This document shows positions 24,861 to 37,987 of a DNA stretch of 64,000 nucleotides, piece after piece. A program made the translations under genes and the position numbers. The notes under the pieces were generated by a model, which was not told the origin of the DNA, did not search any database, and saw only the letters and a program-made list of their open reading frames with translations. The stretch's first letter is position 1. Each line of letters begins with the position of its first letter. Location: positions 34,596,001 through 34,660,000 of the forward strand of contig CM022672.1 of NCBI GenBank assembly GCA_012295275.1. Direction: 5' to 3'. This DNA is from Chrysomallon squamiferum. Taxonomy: Eukaryota > Animalia > Mollusca.

Positions 24861-27334
24861 AGATAATGTTAGTAGTTCTTAATAAAAGTAACAAATATAC
24901 TTTGGACAAGTCCTGTAGTAGTAATAATAATAATAATAACAATGAGAGAGACCATCTGACAGACAGACACACTCAGACACACACAGACATAGAGACACAC
25001 ACAGACACAGGCACACACTCAGACACACACAGACACAAACACACATACACATACATAAACATTAAAACAGAACACCCTGCTATCACGGAATTTAAATGGG
25101 CCTGTTCCGCAATGCGGTTATTTCGAGTTATGTCCCTTGATTTGTCATTAGATGCCGCTGCGAAAACCAGATCAGCTATTGCGAAGAACACAGCACGACG
25201 AAGCAAACTGTTATCAACAAAACACGCTCTAAATACCCGCGACATAAGCCTGTTGACAAGCTGATAACTGACCAGAATCTCTCCACTCATCTCTGATTGA
25301 TTGCAGAGCCAGAGGTAGGATTTCATTAAGAAACCATTAAATTATTTATCCAACATACTCTGTACGTAAACAGACTCAAACAATTACAAACTAACAAAGG
25401 GCTTTGACTCTGCCCAGCGAGTTAGATGTGGTCACCTCGTTCCTGTTCCCTGTGGAACACGTGTAACATCCGCTCCATGTTAACATGTAATATCAGAAAG
25501 TTAAATATAACAGTTAAACCTTACTATAATATTTTACTCAATTCGTCATTCTTAAAATCAGACAACTCGGCCCAGGAACAACTCTGCACAGGGACAGTCT
25601 TGTCTATTGTTGGACAAGTGTTGTTTTTAAATTAAAGTATTCTCACCGAAATAAAAGAATGTGTTTGCTGATCCATTTATCTTTGAAGATTGTTTCCGGT
25701 GTTCAAATAATTTGTTTTTGTTCTACAGTCGGTGATCTAAACATTGGAGATGATCCCAGACAAAACTGACAAAATTTCTTTATCGTACTTTATCTAGTAA
25801 CAACATAGCCTCCTGACTTCCAATGAGTGGCTAATGAACAAGTAAATGATATCACCCTACAGACGTTGTTTTGTGATTTTACCTGCTATTAAAAAGTAAA
25901 TCCAATTTGTGAGCAGGATGACATTGTCAGCAAGTAATGCATATAACCGTCCGACTTGTTTAGATCGCTATTGATGAATGTGTGTGTCGGTTACCGGCCA
26001 GGTGTTAAACCTTAGTCACACAAACTTGCTATGTACGTGACTGTGTAGTTATATGTGTATAATTGTATGACGTTGTGATGTATATGAATATGTTAAACAT
26101 TAGTAGTGAAATGTATTAGGAAAGTATGGATTTTATAATTGCATGAATGAATAACATATGGTGTTATGTCATGTGTATTGTTTGATAGGAACCATGTATT
26201 AGCGATATGTGACCAGATGTTTAATTATCTATGAGACTCTAGGGAATGTCATGCGTTATATATATTTCTTATTGTAATGTCGTGTATTCTGCTCTTGTTG
26301 TATTTTAGTTAATTGATTTGATTGTTTTAGGGTTTTAAACATAAATTGTGTGTCATGTCAAATAAAAAGCCATTGTCGTCTTTTTGAAAAGAAACTCAAA
26401 TGCTATTATATATATTATAAATTTAAACACAACACACACATATATAATACAGTTGTGGAAATTGTCTAACTTTATTTCAGGCGCGGAAAAGACTTTTAAT
26501 TTCAATCTTCCTTTAGTGATACAGATAAAAACATATGTTCGCTAGAAAATAAAATTTCCTTTTTAGAATTTCTTCTTTTTTTCCATATCCTTGATTATCT
26601 ATAAATATTTGTCATTTTATCCTGTTTATTATTATATTAAATGGCTGTCTAAACAACAATATTATATTTTATTAGGTTGTTGTTAAATTATGCTTACCTC
26701 TGCTGCCTTTCTCATTGAATGGGAACAAAACACAGAGTTAAAAACACTGAAGATCGTAAACACAGCGAATTTAGCTTGAGCCGATTGCATTCTACAGTAA
26801 TAGTATTACTAATAGAAAAACCAACAGGAACATAATTTAAATAGTTTCATATATTCAAATACGCACAGATTTTTTTTCACTTAATTCGATCGATCCAGTA
26901 ACAAATACTTGTAGTTTTCTTTTTTTTGAAACTGCTCGTTTGTTCATGATCGTTATTAAAAAGGACATTATGTTGCTATAATAAAAAGCGTTTATTTGAA
27001 ATTCTCTTGTAAAACTACATATTTATTAAATAAGCGAGAAGTGATACTATCGTTTACATAATGTAGTGAATAACCTTGAATACAGTTTTATTCAGTTTGT
27101 AATACAGACTCCAGCTACATAAAGTACAGGGAATCAGATAAGTTATGTAGTGTTGTGTGTTTATTTATTTTAATTAGACATTTCACTATTGTATAAGATT
27201 TTAATTATTGTGTATTCATATCACAGCCAAAACATTATAAAGAGGTTTAGCAAGCAAAATACAAAGGCTCGGACTACTGTTTAGATTTCGGATCACAATC
27301 AAACTCAACTATGTTGTGAATGTTAATTTGCCTA

Positions 27335-27558
27335 ACCCCGGGGCTGTTGTCCAGTTTGTGTCTTTATAAACGTGGCTCGGGTACCACCCAGCTATCGGCT
27401 TTGTGTCAAACACGTGTAAACAAACTTACATTAACACAAACCAACATCAGCCCGATGTTGAGTACGACCACCACGTAAACCACGTCTCACTGTGTGACGT
27501 GTGTAACAAACACAAAATACAAACACAAAATACAAACACAAATACAAACACAAAATAC
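27335..27558 (+). mobile_element. SINE/LINE 3'-end-like element with stem-loop and (CAAAATACAAACA)n tail; inverted copies at about 15885-16110 and 61435-61670
   Basis: GC-richer, well-conserved core with the hairpin caacatc-agccc-gatgttg, followed by a simple-repeat tail whose length differs between copies. Confidence 0.45.
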
Positions 27559-28764
27559 ATTTTCTGTCAAATTATTTTCAAAAACGTAACACAAGTTTAG
27601 ATGATACTAAGGAAAATGCATTGTACTTGGTTTTTAGTTATCACGAGATTATTATAACTAGCATTCGTTATTTCTAATGTCTTATTATTCCCTAAACAGT
27701 AACAGAAAACTGTAAGGTATTGAATCAGTAACAGAGGTTCTTTTTGTGTTGTTATATTCTAAAGGAAAGTGTTACGAACAAATTGGAATGCAGTTATATC
27801 TAAGAGAAACAAAAAGAGAAATTGTTATTGCAGTTGATATGTTGGGCTTGTCTTAAGTCAATCCAGATAGTTCAAAAATATTAAGGAAGATTTAATTCAA
27901 CCCAGACTGAAAGTCTCTCTTCACTGTATTGAAAACTAGATGTTGATAATGCATCGGTCGAATGTCAGTTAGACTTGTTTGGCAACATTGTAAAATTAAA
28001 ATAATTATAATACGGATGTGAAAACCAGGGATTCAGTCATTTAGTATAAGTTAAAGGATTCAGTCTCAAGTTTCACAGATATTTTATGTAAACACCAAAC
28101 TTTCTGGTGAATTAGCAATATTTCCGTTGTTTATAAGTGCTGAAATAAGAATGAATATATATTGGGTAAATGTTTTTAATTGTATGAATCTAACTTAATA
28201 TTTTGCTATCTTAAGTCTATGGTTATCTTTTGTAAAAGTATTTCTAGATAAACATGTGTTTCTAACATGTATAGCTTCATTGACGTGAACATCGTGTAAT
28301 TTAAAACACGCTGTAAAAAGAATACTACATGATCGTATGTTAAAAAACGATGATGAATTTGAATCGGTTAAGGAATTTACGACTGGTAATGTGAAACATT
28401 AATGGGTTTAATATCTGAAAGAGAAAAATTGCATCGGTCATTTTTATAATGAATCTAAATTGTCTGAAATATTTTAAATGTTGTCATGCTGTACTCATAA
28501 CAATGTTATAAATGCAAAATTAATTCAAAGTTATTTTTCTAACACTAAAACAGAAATGGTAAATGGTATCTGTCACTTTTGGAATTTTTATGGTGAAAAA
28601 TTATTTTTAACCGTACAACTTTATCTGCTGAGATAAATTAACACAGACACACACACACACACACATACACGAAGCTATATATATATACACACACACACAT
28701 CATAATTAATATTATGATTAATATTATAATACACTTTGAAGAAACAAAATGTTGACATTTATTT

Positions 28765-29846
28765 TCAACAGTGTTATTGATGATTTGCACTATCCTGAAG
28801 AAAAAAGATGTAATCAAGACAGACAACGTGGCCAAACGTGTGACTAATCTAACGAGGCAAATATCCAAACTTTTAGATGAAGTTGAAAAGCTTCTCTTAA
28901 TTTGGATCAATGAAAAGCAACTTGCAGTAATACGTGAAAAGGCAAAGACTTTTGAACAATGATTTGTTGTTTAAATCGCCTTGAACTTCTGCTAAAAGTG
29001 ACGAGTTTAAGGTCAGCAGAAGTTGGTTGGAGAAGTATTCGCAGTGTTATTAGGCACGGGGAAGCTGCAAGTTCCAACGAGAAAGAAGCGGAAAAGTTTA
29101 AGGTGAAATTTGAGATCTTTGTCAGAAGGCTACTTTCCTCAATAGTGTTTAACTGCGACGAGACGGGTCTCAAGAGGACATGTGTGACTCAGGAGGAGAA
29201 GGCGCAACCGGGGCAGAAACCAACGAAAGAGAGTCTGACGTTGTTGTTACGTGCCAATGCATGTGACAACTGCAAGATTAAGCCACTGTTGGTCTACCAC
29301 TCAGAAAATCCTCGCGTCTTTAAGCACAATTAACGTCCAGAAAAAACAAAGTCACTGTGACGTGGAGACTAATGAGAAGGCATGAGTGACGAGACTAACC
29401 TTGATGAACGATAACGCGATGGCACACTTCAGAAACATTCTCCGACAAAGAAACACATTTCTCTTGATCGTCTCTCAAGCGGAAAGAAGCAGAGCCAGAT
29501 GCCAAAAAACGCGAAAACAAACCGCTGAAGGAACTTTCCCCAGTGTTACTGTGGAAGGAGACTCGCTTTCCAATCAACATCTTCCTCCTCTTCAAAACCA
29601 CCGTCCACCCGTGACAGGACTCTCCGCCACGTTGCAAGTCACAGTAAAATACATCCACAGTAATCTCAGTGTTTTTCTATGTGTATGGTTATTTTAGGAA
29701 AATTCTGTGTTTATTCCTGCAGAAAGTCCTGAAAACAGTGAAAATAAAACAATTCTGTGGGCTGGAACGGATTGTTTACAGCTACATTATTTCAGTTTAT
29801 AAAAGGAGATTTGGAACGAGTTAATATAAGCCGAGTTTCCACTGTA
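28765..29846 (+). mobile_element. Tigger/pogo (TIGD1-like) DNA transposon relic, frameshifted, internally deleted and 5'-truncated
   Basis: CENP-B-type HTH fragment (ICTILKKK...EVEKLLLIWINEKQLA), RHGEAASS, DDE start VFNCDETGL and KIKPLLVYHSENPRVFK. The right terminus ...ccgagtttccactg|TA (CAGTGG-type TIR plus TA) lies at 29844-29846. Confidence 0.9.
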
Positions 29847-31507
29847 TTATTCTAATCAACTTTATTATTGATATTATCACTATATTCATTATTATTACTG
29901 TCCTTCTCGTCGTCTTTTCTATATAACATAGCCAAACTGGTTATTTATATATACGTGTCTTTTCCTAGTTAATATAACTGTTCCATCTTGAAGTCTACTA
30001 AAGTACGAAGATATCGTTGTACTTAACTATCTGGAAGAAGTAAAACAATATGCTTACATATTTGAAGGTAAATTCACTTGGGTTGTAATGTTTGCCATAT
30101 CTGCATCATGTCCAGGTCATTGAGTTAACAAACACAAGCAGTTAAGACATTAAAACAGTTGATGAAAGGACACCACAGCACTGGCTTCTGCTGAAGGGAG
30201 TTACCACGATATCGCGGTAAATCGCAAATGTTACAACACGTTAGACCGAACAGATCACAAACTGCTCTTTTTTGTACACACATTCTTAGTAATGTTTAGT
30301 AAATACACTTCAACACAAGAAGGAAGAAAAGTCAACTTGAAATGTTTAGTTTTTCAATTGTAGTAACATATTTTACATTTTCCAATGGAAAAATCGGTAA
30401 TGCCAGTCTTACTACTAGTACAAATACAGTTGTTATTACTACTATTTCTAATATTAATGCAAATTACTAGACAACGTGTACTATAACTACAACAGCTGCT
30501 ATTGAAATTTAGTATTATTACTACTAGATTACCTTGTTTGAAAGAAATGTTTGTACAACTTGAGCTGGACAGATATCATCTGAACAGCTTTCTGTTTTGA
30601 ACAAATAATCACCTGCTTTCACTGATTTCGCAAAACTGAAGGAACCAACAAATACAGTATAAGAAACAGATAGTATAATTATGACTGAGTGTATCGTGTT
30701 ATTCTGATAAAAGTGAAAGTCTATCTGATATTTTTTTTATTAAAAAATAAATGTGAATGAAATCTCAAATGTTATTATCTGATTTGAACGACGTTATATT
30801 GCAACAGTAAAACTGTTTCTACGAAAGCATGTGCTTATACAATCTAACATTTATTTTATGTTTATGACTTCATTGATGACGTTCCGTTGCTCACGTACAT
30901 TTCTGAACCTGAAGTCTGAACTGGGATGTGGGCGTTCGTTAGCAGCAACAGGTTCTTTAAATCCACTTTTATCTTCTTTAGTGACCTTGTCATTGATCAC
31001 CGTGATTTAAATTTCTAGATATGGATTAAATTTTTTAAGCAGTATAGATTAATTTAGCTTCTTGGTAGGGTCACGAAGCTCAAGCTTTATTAGATTCGTG
31101 ACAGATTTGACCCCGATTCTATTCTCAATTTTAGTATGCTCAGGAGTCAATTGACGATTTTGAAGAAAATCTTTGTGGATCTTTGATTTTTACCTTTAAT
31201 CCTAGAAACTGCACTGCAGGAAGAAGTCTTTCGTATGCAAGTATATAAACGGTAATATCACTTCACGTTGAAAATTAAAAAAAATATGTAATTCCGTCGT
31301 AAATTTGAAATAAATGTTTATTTTTTTTTTTATTGTAATATAATGTCGTTTTTAGTAACGATAGTGAACAGCTTGGCACGTACAACTGCCATCTATTACT
31401 GCTTCGATGAAATGAAGTGAAAAAAAAAATCTGTGCAATTTAAATATATGAAAATATTTAAATAATGTTCTTCTTGGTATTACTGTTAGTAATACTATTA
31501 CTGTAGA

Positions 31508-31837
31508 ATGAAATCGGCTGAAGCTAAATTTGCTGTGTTTACCTTATTGTATGTTCTTAACTCTGTGTTCTGTGGCCTTAAAGTGGTAAGCATTTTTAAC
31601 TACATCCAATAATATATAATACTGTAGATCAGACAGCAATTCAATAAGATAATAAACAGGTTACACAATGCAACAAATATTTCTTGATAGAGGTAATTAC
31701 GAACATACAACTGCTCTAAAATGGATATTTTATTTTTGAAGCATTTATGTTTTTTATCTGAATCACTTAAGGAATTAACAAAAGATTACCTCACATTCTG
31801 CTTTGTTGATATATATATATATTGTCCTCCTGTTACA

Positions 31838-31931
<94 letters not shown>

Positions 31932-34361
31932 ACTCTCTCTCTCTCTGTTTATTATTATTTTTATTTACTTGCTTTCTACTATAATGTAAAAAACAAAGGT
32001 ATCCTCTTACTGTAATACAAATACTGACAACTTATTACTATAATGTAAATAACATGTCTTGTTACTATAATGTAAATAACATATCTTGTTACTATAATGT
32101 AAATAATATATCTCGTTACTGTTACGTAAATACTATTAATATCGTTTACCTTGTTTACTTTTCACATAATAGTATGAATTACAACAATTTACGAACAAAA
32201 CCAAAGATAAATACCTGTCTCTTTTCGTTAATGTTAAAATATAAAAATTGCTTCATTCAATGAAAATAGCATCGACCTCACCTATGTCCTTGTGGAGATC
32301 CAATAGTAAAGTGTCTTGAACGATGTTGTCCTGGATATTTTGTTACTGTGGAAAAGTGTTGTTCTCCATGTGAGGGGGAGGTACCTCCACCATGTTTTCC
32401 TGGTGACGTCACTGTGCTACTGGACAATAGAGAGACTGTAAAAATGAAAAATCTTGTTCCAGGACAAAAGATTCTCGCTGGTACGTCACGTTTGTTTCCA
32501 GTTACAAACTGAGATTTTCAGTATTTGTTTAACATCCTACATAGTTCTGTTCCTTAACTGAATCAAATTTTGGTTTTGTACTGAAGCAAGAGATCTCTTA
32601 GATCAAGAATGAAATAAAACAGTCGAGTGTTGTTAACTGCATGAGTAACCAGAACAAAATAGGTTTCATCAATGTTCTACTATGAGACATCGTTCTCATT
32701 AAAAAGGGAAATCTGTTGTTTTAATGATGTTATAGTAAAAGTGTATAGATTCAATATTATTTTACTAATTTCAGTACAAAATGGAAAACGCTTATTTTCT
32801 GAAGTCAGAACATTTATGCATCGTCAACCAGCATCAAATACGACATTTGTGACTCTGATTACAGAACAAGGCCGTCGACTTTCTCTCACAGAATTACACA
32901 TTGTGTTTACTTCTACAAATACCTCAGCCAACATGGAACCAAAGTTTGTTTTCTTTGTTTTTCTTTCTCAATGATCTTCAAATAAATTTCCAGAAACTAC
33001 TCGAAATGGTTTCTTCTTGATGAAAATATGTATAACTACATCATTTGAATTGTAAATCTTAAACAACATAGTTAATTTTAAAATTTGTTCTTATTACCAT
33101 TTAGATTACAAAATGTAGGACTTCATATCTATGATTTACATTTATTATTTAATGAACAACTACAGACAGATTTTCATCTTTTTCTGAATATCGCGTTATG
33201 CAGTCATAATGATTCTTATACTATATTTGTTTATTTCGTCAGTTTCGCTAAATCAGTGAAACCAGGTGATTATTTATTCAACACAGAAAGCTGCTCAGCT
33301 GATTTCTGTCCAGAAAGAGTTGTACAAACATTTCTTTCAAAAAAACAAGGTAAACTAGTAATAGTACTTAATACTAATAGAAGTAGTTGTAGTATAATAT
33401 ATATCGTAGTAGTAATAATATGTATTATAATTACCATATTTGAGAAACTCAGCATATAACAAGCACATAAATAATCAGACAGAAACTCTACACAGATAAA
33501 ATCAAGACTCGCATAACAGTGAAAATTGTAATTGCTATAATAATTATAATACTGGTAGCGAAAGTAATACTGTCATAGACTAGTTGTAGTGATTATGTTT
33601 CAAAAACAGTCCTATCTAGATATCGGTAAAATGAAGATAAAAACTCATAAAAGAAATACAACTATTTATCTAAAACAACAAACTAAAAGTATACAAGAAC
33701 TCTCTGTGTGGGGTAGGCTGTAAGTATCTTCACTCTTTCTTATCAAACAAAGTTTAACAAAGGATCATCTCAAACAGGAAGAGTTAAATAACAAAACTAG
33801 CTGTCGTGGTGAAAATACTCATTACCAGACTGCATTACCTTGACCTCAACAGTGAGTCAGTGTATTACGTCTATGTATGTACTGTCTATTCATACACACC
33901 CATGTGTGTGTATTTTACATATATATATATATATATAGATAGATATATATATATGTATATGTATATATTATATATGTATATATGTATGTATGTGCGTATA
34001 CGTATGCATATGTATGTATGTATGTATGTATGTATATGTATGTATGTATGGTTACATGCCTGTACCACATGCATACGCACGCACACATCCTCGTGCACAG
34101 GTTATTTATACATTATTAAAATTATTTCCAGGTTTGTATGGACCTCTGACGGACACGGGAACTGTCGTTGTTAATGGGATTGTGGCTTCCTGCTATGCAC
34201 ATGTTCTCTTACAAGACTTCACACACAGTTTCACACTGTCTCCATTTCGATGGTTTCCTTGGTTGTTAGAGCCGTGGCAAGAAGACGGTTTCAGTCCTAT
34301 TTTGTCCAACATGGAGAAGCTTTATAATAATCTTGTCAGTTATACTTCGTGGCTGAAATAA
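31508..34361 (+). CDS. Hedgehog-related secreted Hog-domain protein: signal peptide + 45-aa 8-Cys peptide + Hint + SRR-like tail, 264 aa, 5 exons
   Basis: Exons 31508-31585, 32270-32480, 32775-32943, 33243-33349 and 34132-34361 total 795 nt, with phases 0/1/2/1 consistent. Hint motifs: CFPGDVTVLL, MKNLVPGQKILA, FSEVRTFMHR, LSLTELHIVF (TxxH), FAKSVKPGDYL, GLYGPLTDTGTVVVNGIVASCYA. Signal peptide MKSAEAKFAVFTLLYVLNSVFC. Confidence 0.88.
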
Positions 34362-34528
34362 AGTTAGAAAATTACCACAACTGAATTTCAGGTTTTTGGA
34401 CGAAAACTTATTGTTTGATGATAAATAAACAGTTCTGTCCTGCCAATCTCAATTATAATGACTTTATTGTTTTTCTCAATAATGCCCTCAACTCGATTTG
34501 TCTAAACACTTGATTCATACGCACACAG

Positions 34529-34589
<61 letters not shown>

Positions 34590-34789
34590 TTCTAGTACAT
34601 TCAAGTTTACATGTGAATGTTTGGTTTTTTGTCTGTCAGACATGTTTTATCAGCTCACAGAGCAAAGTAAACAGCAGCGTGTACAACGCGTAGACGTCAC
34701 AGGTGTAATGATGACGTTGTCAGAGGATCCTAACTGATCTCAATCCAAACAACAATGTTGATGTCACATATAAAGAGAGATCATTGAGA

Positions 34790-35135
34790 AAATGATGAAA
34801 TAAACTGATGACTTCTGTGCACGATGCAATATTGATCTTAAGTTCCAGGAATTTAATATAGTGTGTGTATCTGACTCTGAGTGTGTGTGTATCTGACTCT
34901 GAGTGTGTCTGTATCTGACTCTGAGTGTGTGTATCTGTGTGTGTCTGAGTGTGTGTGTCTGAGTGTGTGTATCTGACTGAGTGTGTGTGTATCTGAGTGT
35001 GTGTATCTGTGTGTGTCTGAGTGTGTGTATCTGACTCTGAGTGTGTGTGTATTTGTGTGTGTGTGTGTATATGTGTGTGAGTATGTTGATGGCTGTGTGT
35101 GATTGTGTATGTGTGTGTGTGTGTGTCTGTGTGTC

Positions 35136-35174
<39 letters not shown>

Positions 35175-35705
35175 CAGGGTGTTGATGTAAATATATTTAT
35201 ATATTTGTCTGGTTCCTAGAAAGGATTTATAAATATTCTCATTCATCCCAGAAGATAAAGATTTACAGTTGAAAATAGTCTGAAACTCATCATCGTTAGA
35301 ATTACAAAAATCACAGAATCCATTTTTCTCTTTCATTATTACTCTAGTCATTTATATTATGTAATATATATTACTAAGACATATTCATCTAGTATTATTT
35401 TTATAAAATGATTCTGGGATGGTAACATGTAAAACATACCAGACAATTTAGATGCACAACAAAAATGACATTATACCGTTTCTTCTGTTTCCGCATTAAA
35501 TCCAGTAAAGCTCAACAGACCGAAAGTTTTCTCTTGAATGTTTGAGCATTCTGTGCACGATGTTATATTTATCTTAAGTTCTAGGAATTTAATATTAGTA
35601 TGTGTAACTTCATTCATCTCAGAAGATGAAGATTTACCATTGAAAATACACTGAAAGTCATCATCATGAAAATTACAAAAAGGACGGAATCCATTTATGT
35701 TTGAC
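34790..35705 (-). mobile_element. Non-LTR retrotransposon ORF2 C-terminal remnant, locally duplicated and interrupted by a (TG)n/tctgag compound repeat
   Basis: The minus strand encodes KNGFCDFCNSNDDEFQTIFNC, resembling the C-x2-C...DEFH...C zinc-knuckle of LINE ORF2. Segments 34815-34870 plus 35238-35330 are repeated at 35551-35700. Confidence 0.5.
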
Positions 35706-36116
35706 TATATCCAGAAGAAAAGGTGACGCATTTTCATTTATTTTGTCCTATTATTATTTTTTGACTATTTTTCAAAAAATATATTCTTCTCGTCTTTAAT
35801 TCAAGTTTATTTTAATTATTTAAATATCTGGAATAATGTAATATTAACATAATTATGAAATATTATTATTATTATTATTATTATTATCATCATCATCATC
35901 ATCATCATCATTATATAAATTGTTAAGACAAATAAATAATAAAAAATAAAATTAAATAAATTTAAATGGAGAAAAATCTTTTTGAAGATATCTATAATAA
36001 TATCGCATTACAGATTTCAAAAATCCACTTTTCGTGTTTCGGTATTTTGAACGTTTTCAACCTTTAAAAAAAAATGTCAGCCTTAAGTCACCAAAAGCTT
36101 ATTTCAAGATAATAAC

Positions 36117-36177
<61 letters not shown>

Positions 36178-36709
36178 GTTAAAATAACAATACTAATTAC
36201 AAAAGAAAAAAGAACAACTACCACGACAACATTCACGATGGCAGGAAATATTTTAATTAAAATAACAAAACAGTGATAACAGCTACTGTAAAGGTGTAAA
36301 ATAACAATGGACCATTATGTCAGTAACAAGAGTGATTATAAAACAACAACAACTACGACGGCGCCCAACACAGCAACTAGAAACGTAAAAATAGACGAAG
36401 ATGATGTTGAAAATGTTGTAGTAGTAATAATAAAATAAAAAAAATATCAGTTACCATTATACAAGATGAACAGTAAGGAAATATGTTCATGCTGACGAAG
36501 GTGCTGTTGAAAAAATAGACTATATTATTTAATGAAATACATACAGTACATACATACATACATATATACACACACACATACATACATCCATACATATATA
36601 TAATTGTAATGGCATTCTATATTTCTAACTAGACGTTTGCTCTATAATTATTATTTAGTTTTTACTATATTATTATTTACAGAAAACACATTTATTCGAC
36701 CTTTTCAAA

Positions 36710-36746
<37 letters not shown>

Positions 36747-37194
36747 TACTGGAACACATGTTAAAATTGTCTTAATGTTTAGTATATTCAATAACTAATA
36801 ATTGTTAGTACTTATTTCGATAACATAAATATACACATTTTTACTGCAAACGTAAATATTTTATTTTAATTTATGTTTTGTTTTTTAATTCAGTGAACAT
36901 TTTTAAAGAGTGAGATTTCATTTAGTGGGAATGTCAGAATGAGGTCATGACATGAGGGAACTTTCGTCTGCAAAACGCTGTGACCTATTTTTTTCTACGC
37001 TTCCTTTTTATTAAGTCAATGCAGATTTACAAACGAAAGAGAGAATGTACACACTTTACCCAGTGTTATTGTACTCGTTCGGTTTTCGTCCGAGCAGATT
37101 TTTCAAAGGGAAACAAACACGGAAGAAAGTGCTTCAAAAAGCATTGTAATAGTCTACAGTTCGTTTCAAATATTTATTCATTAATGTCCTAGAT

Positions 37195-37770
37195 TCGTGT
37201 TGTGAATGACATTAACTGCTGACCTCTTAGTATGAAACTTTTGTCTCGTTATAGAAGAGTCAACTGATCTGTTTTCACTACACTCGACCTAGTCCTCTGT
37301 TATGTCTGAAAGAAAACTTACGGCGAAGTACAAGATTATGTATCGTTGTGGCGTTTCTTTTCATGTACCTTGTTGTATTAATAATACTTGTATATTACAT
37401 TAAATATTACATTTTTATTATTATTTTTTGTTTTATCGCATGAACAGTGACGGCAATTCAATAGTTTGCGTCAATCGGTCTAGGTCAAACAATCCTCATA
37501 AATTAAAGTATTATGTATCTCTGTAAATACTAGACAGAATGCATATGAAAAGTATTCTGTGTATTGTGACCTAACTTTTGTACGAGTAAAACCTGTTTTC
37601 CTAGATCCAAATTTAATCTCAATACTCTATTCAAATCATATTTGTATAAATGTTGTAACAGGATATTTTACATGGTGTTTGCCTTTTCTCACTAGTGAGT
37701 CATGAAAACGAGTCTTGTGTCAGTTCGCAGTTTTACTTCATGTTTGGGTTCTGTGTGAAACAGTTTCGCT
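37195..37770 (+). promoter_or_regulatory. Conserved upstream/promoter region of receptor copy B (paralogous to about 49405-49988)
   Basis: About 580 bp of non-coding DNA alignable between copies B and C immediately 5' of the ATG; both retain an AP-1 site TGAGTCA (37696-37702 and 49915-49921). Confidence 0.55.
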
Positions 37771-37948
37771 ATGTCTGGGTGCTGGTTAAGTCTTCAGTTT
37801 CTACTTTGTTGTTTAATTTTGCAGTCAGGAAAGACGACAGCTGGATATGGTAAGTTATAAAATATTATTATTATTATTATTATTATTATTGTTGTTGTTA
37901 TTGTTATTGTTATCGTTATCATTATTATTATTGTTATTATTATTATTG

Positions 37949-37987
<39 letters not shown>

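Noticed and set aside
32393-34200. Hint domain as an intein or a true hedgehog orthologue
   Set aside because: It ends in Hog-type ASCYA rather than the intein His-Asn plus nucleophile, has spliceosomal introns, and has no Hedge signalling domain upstream.
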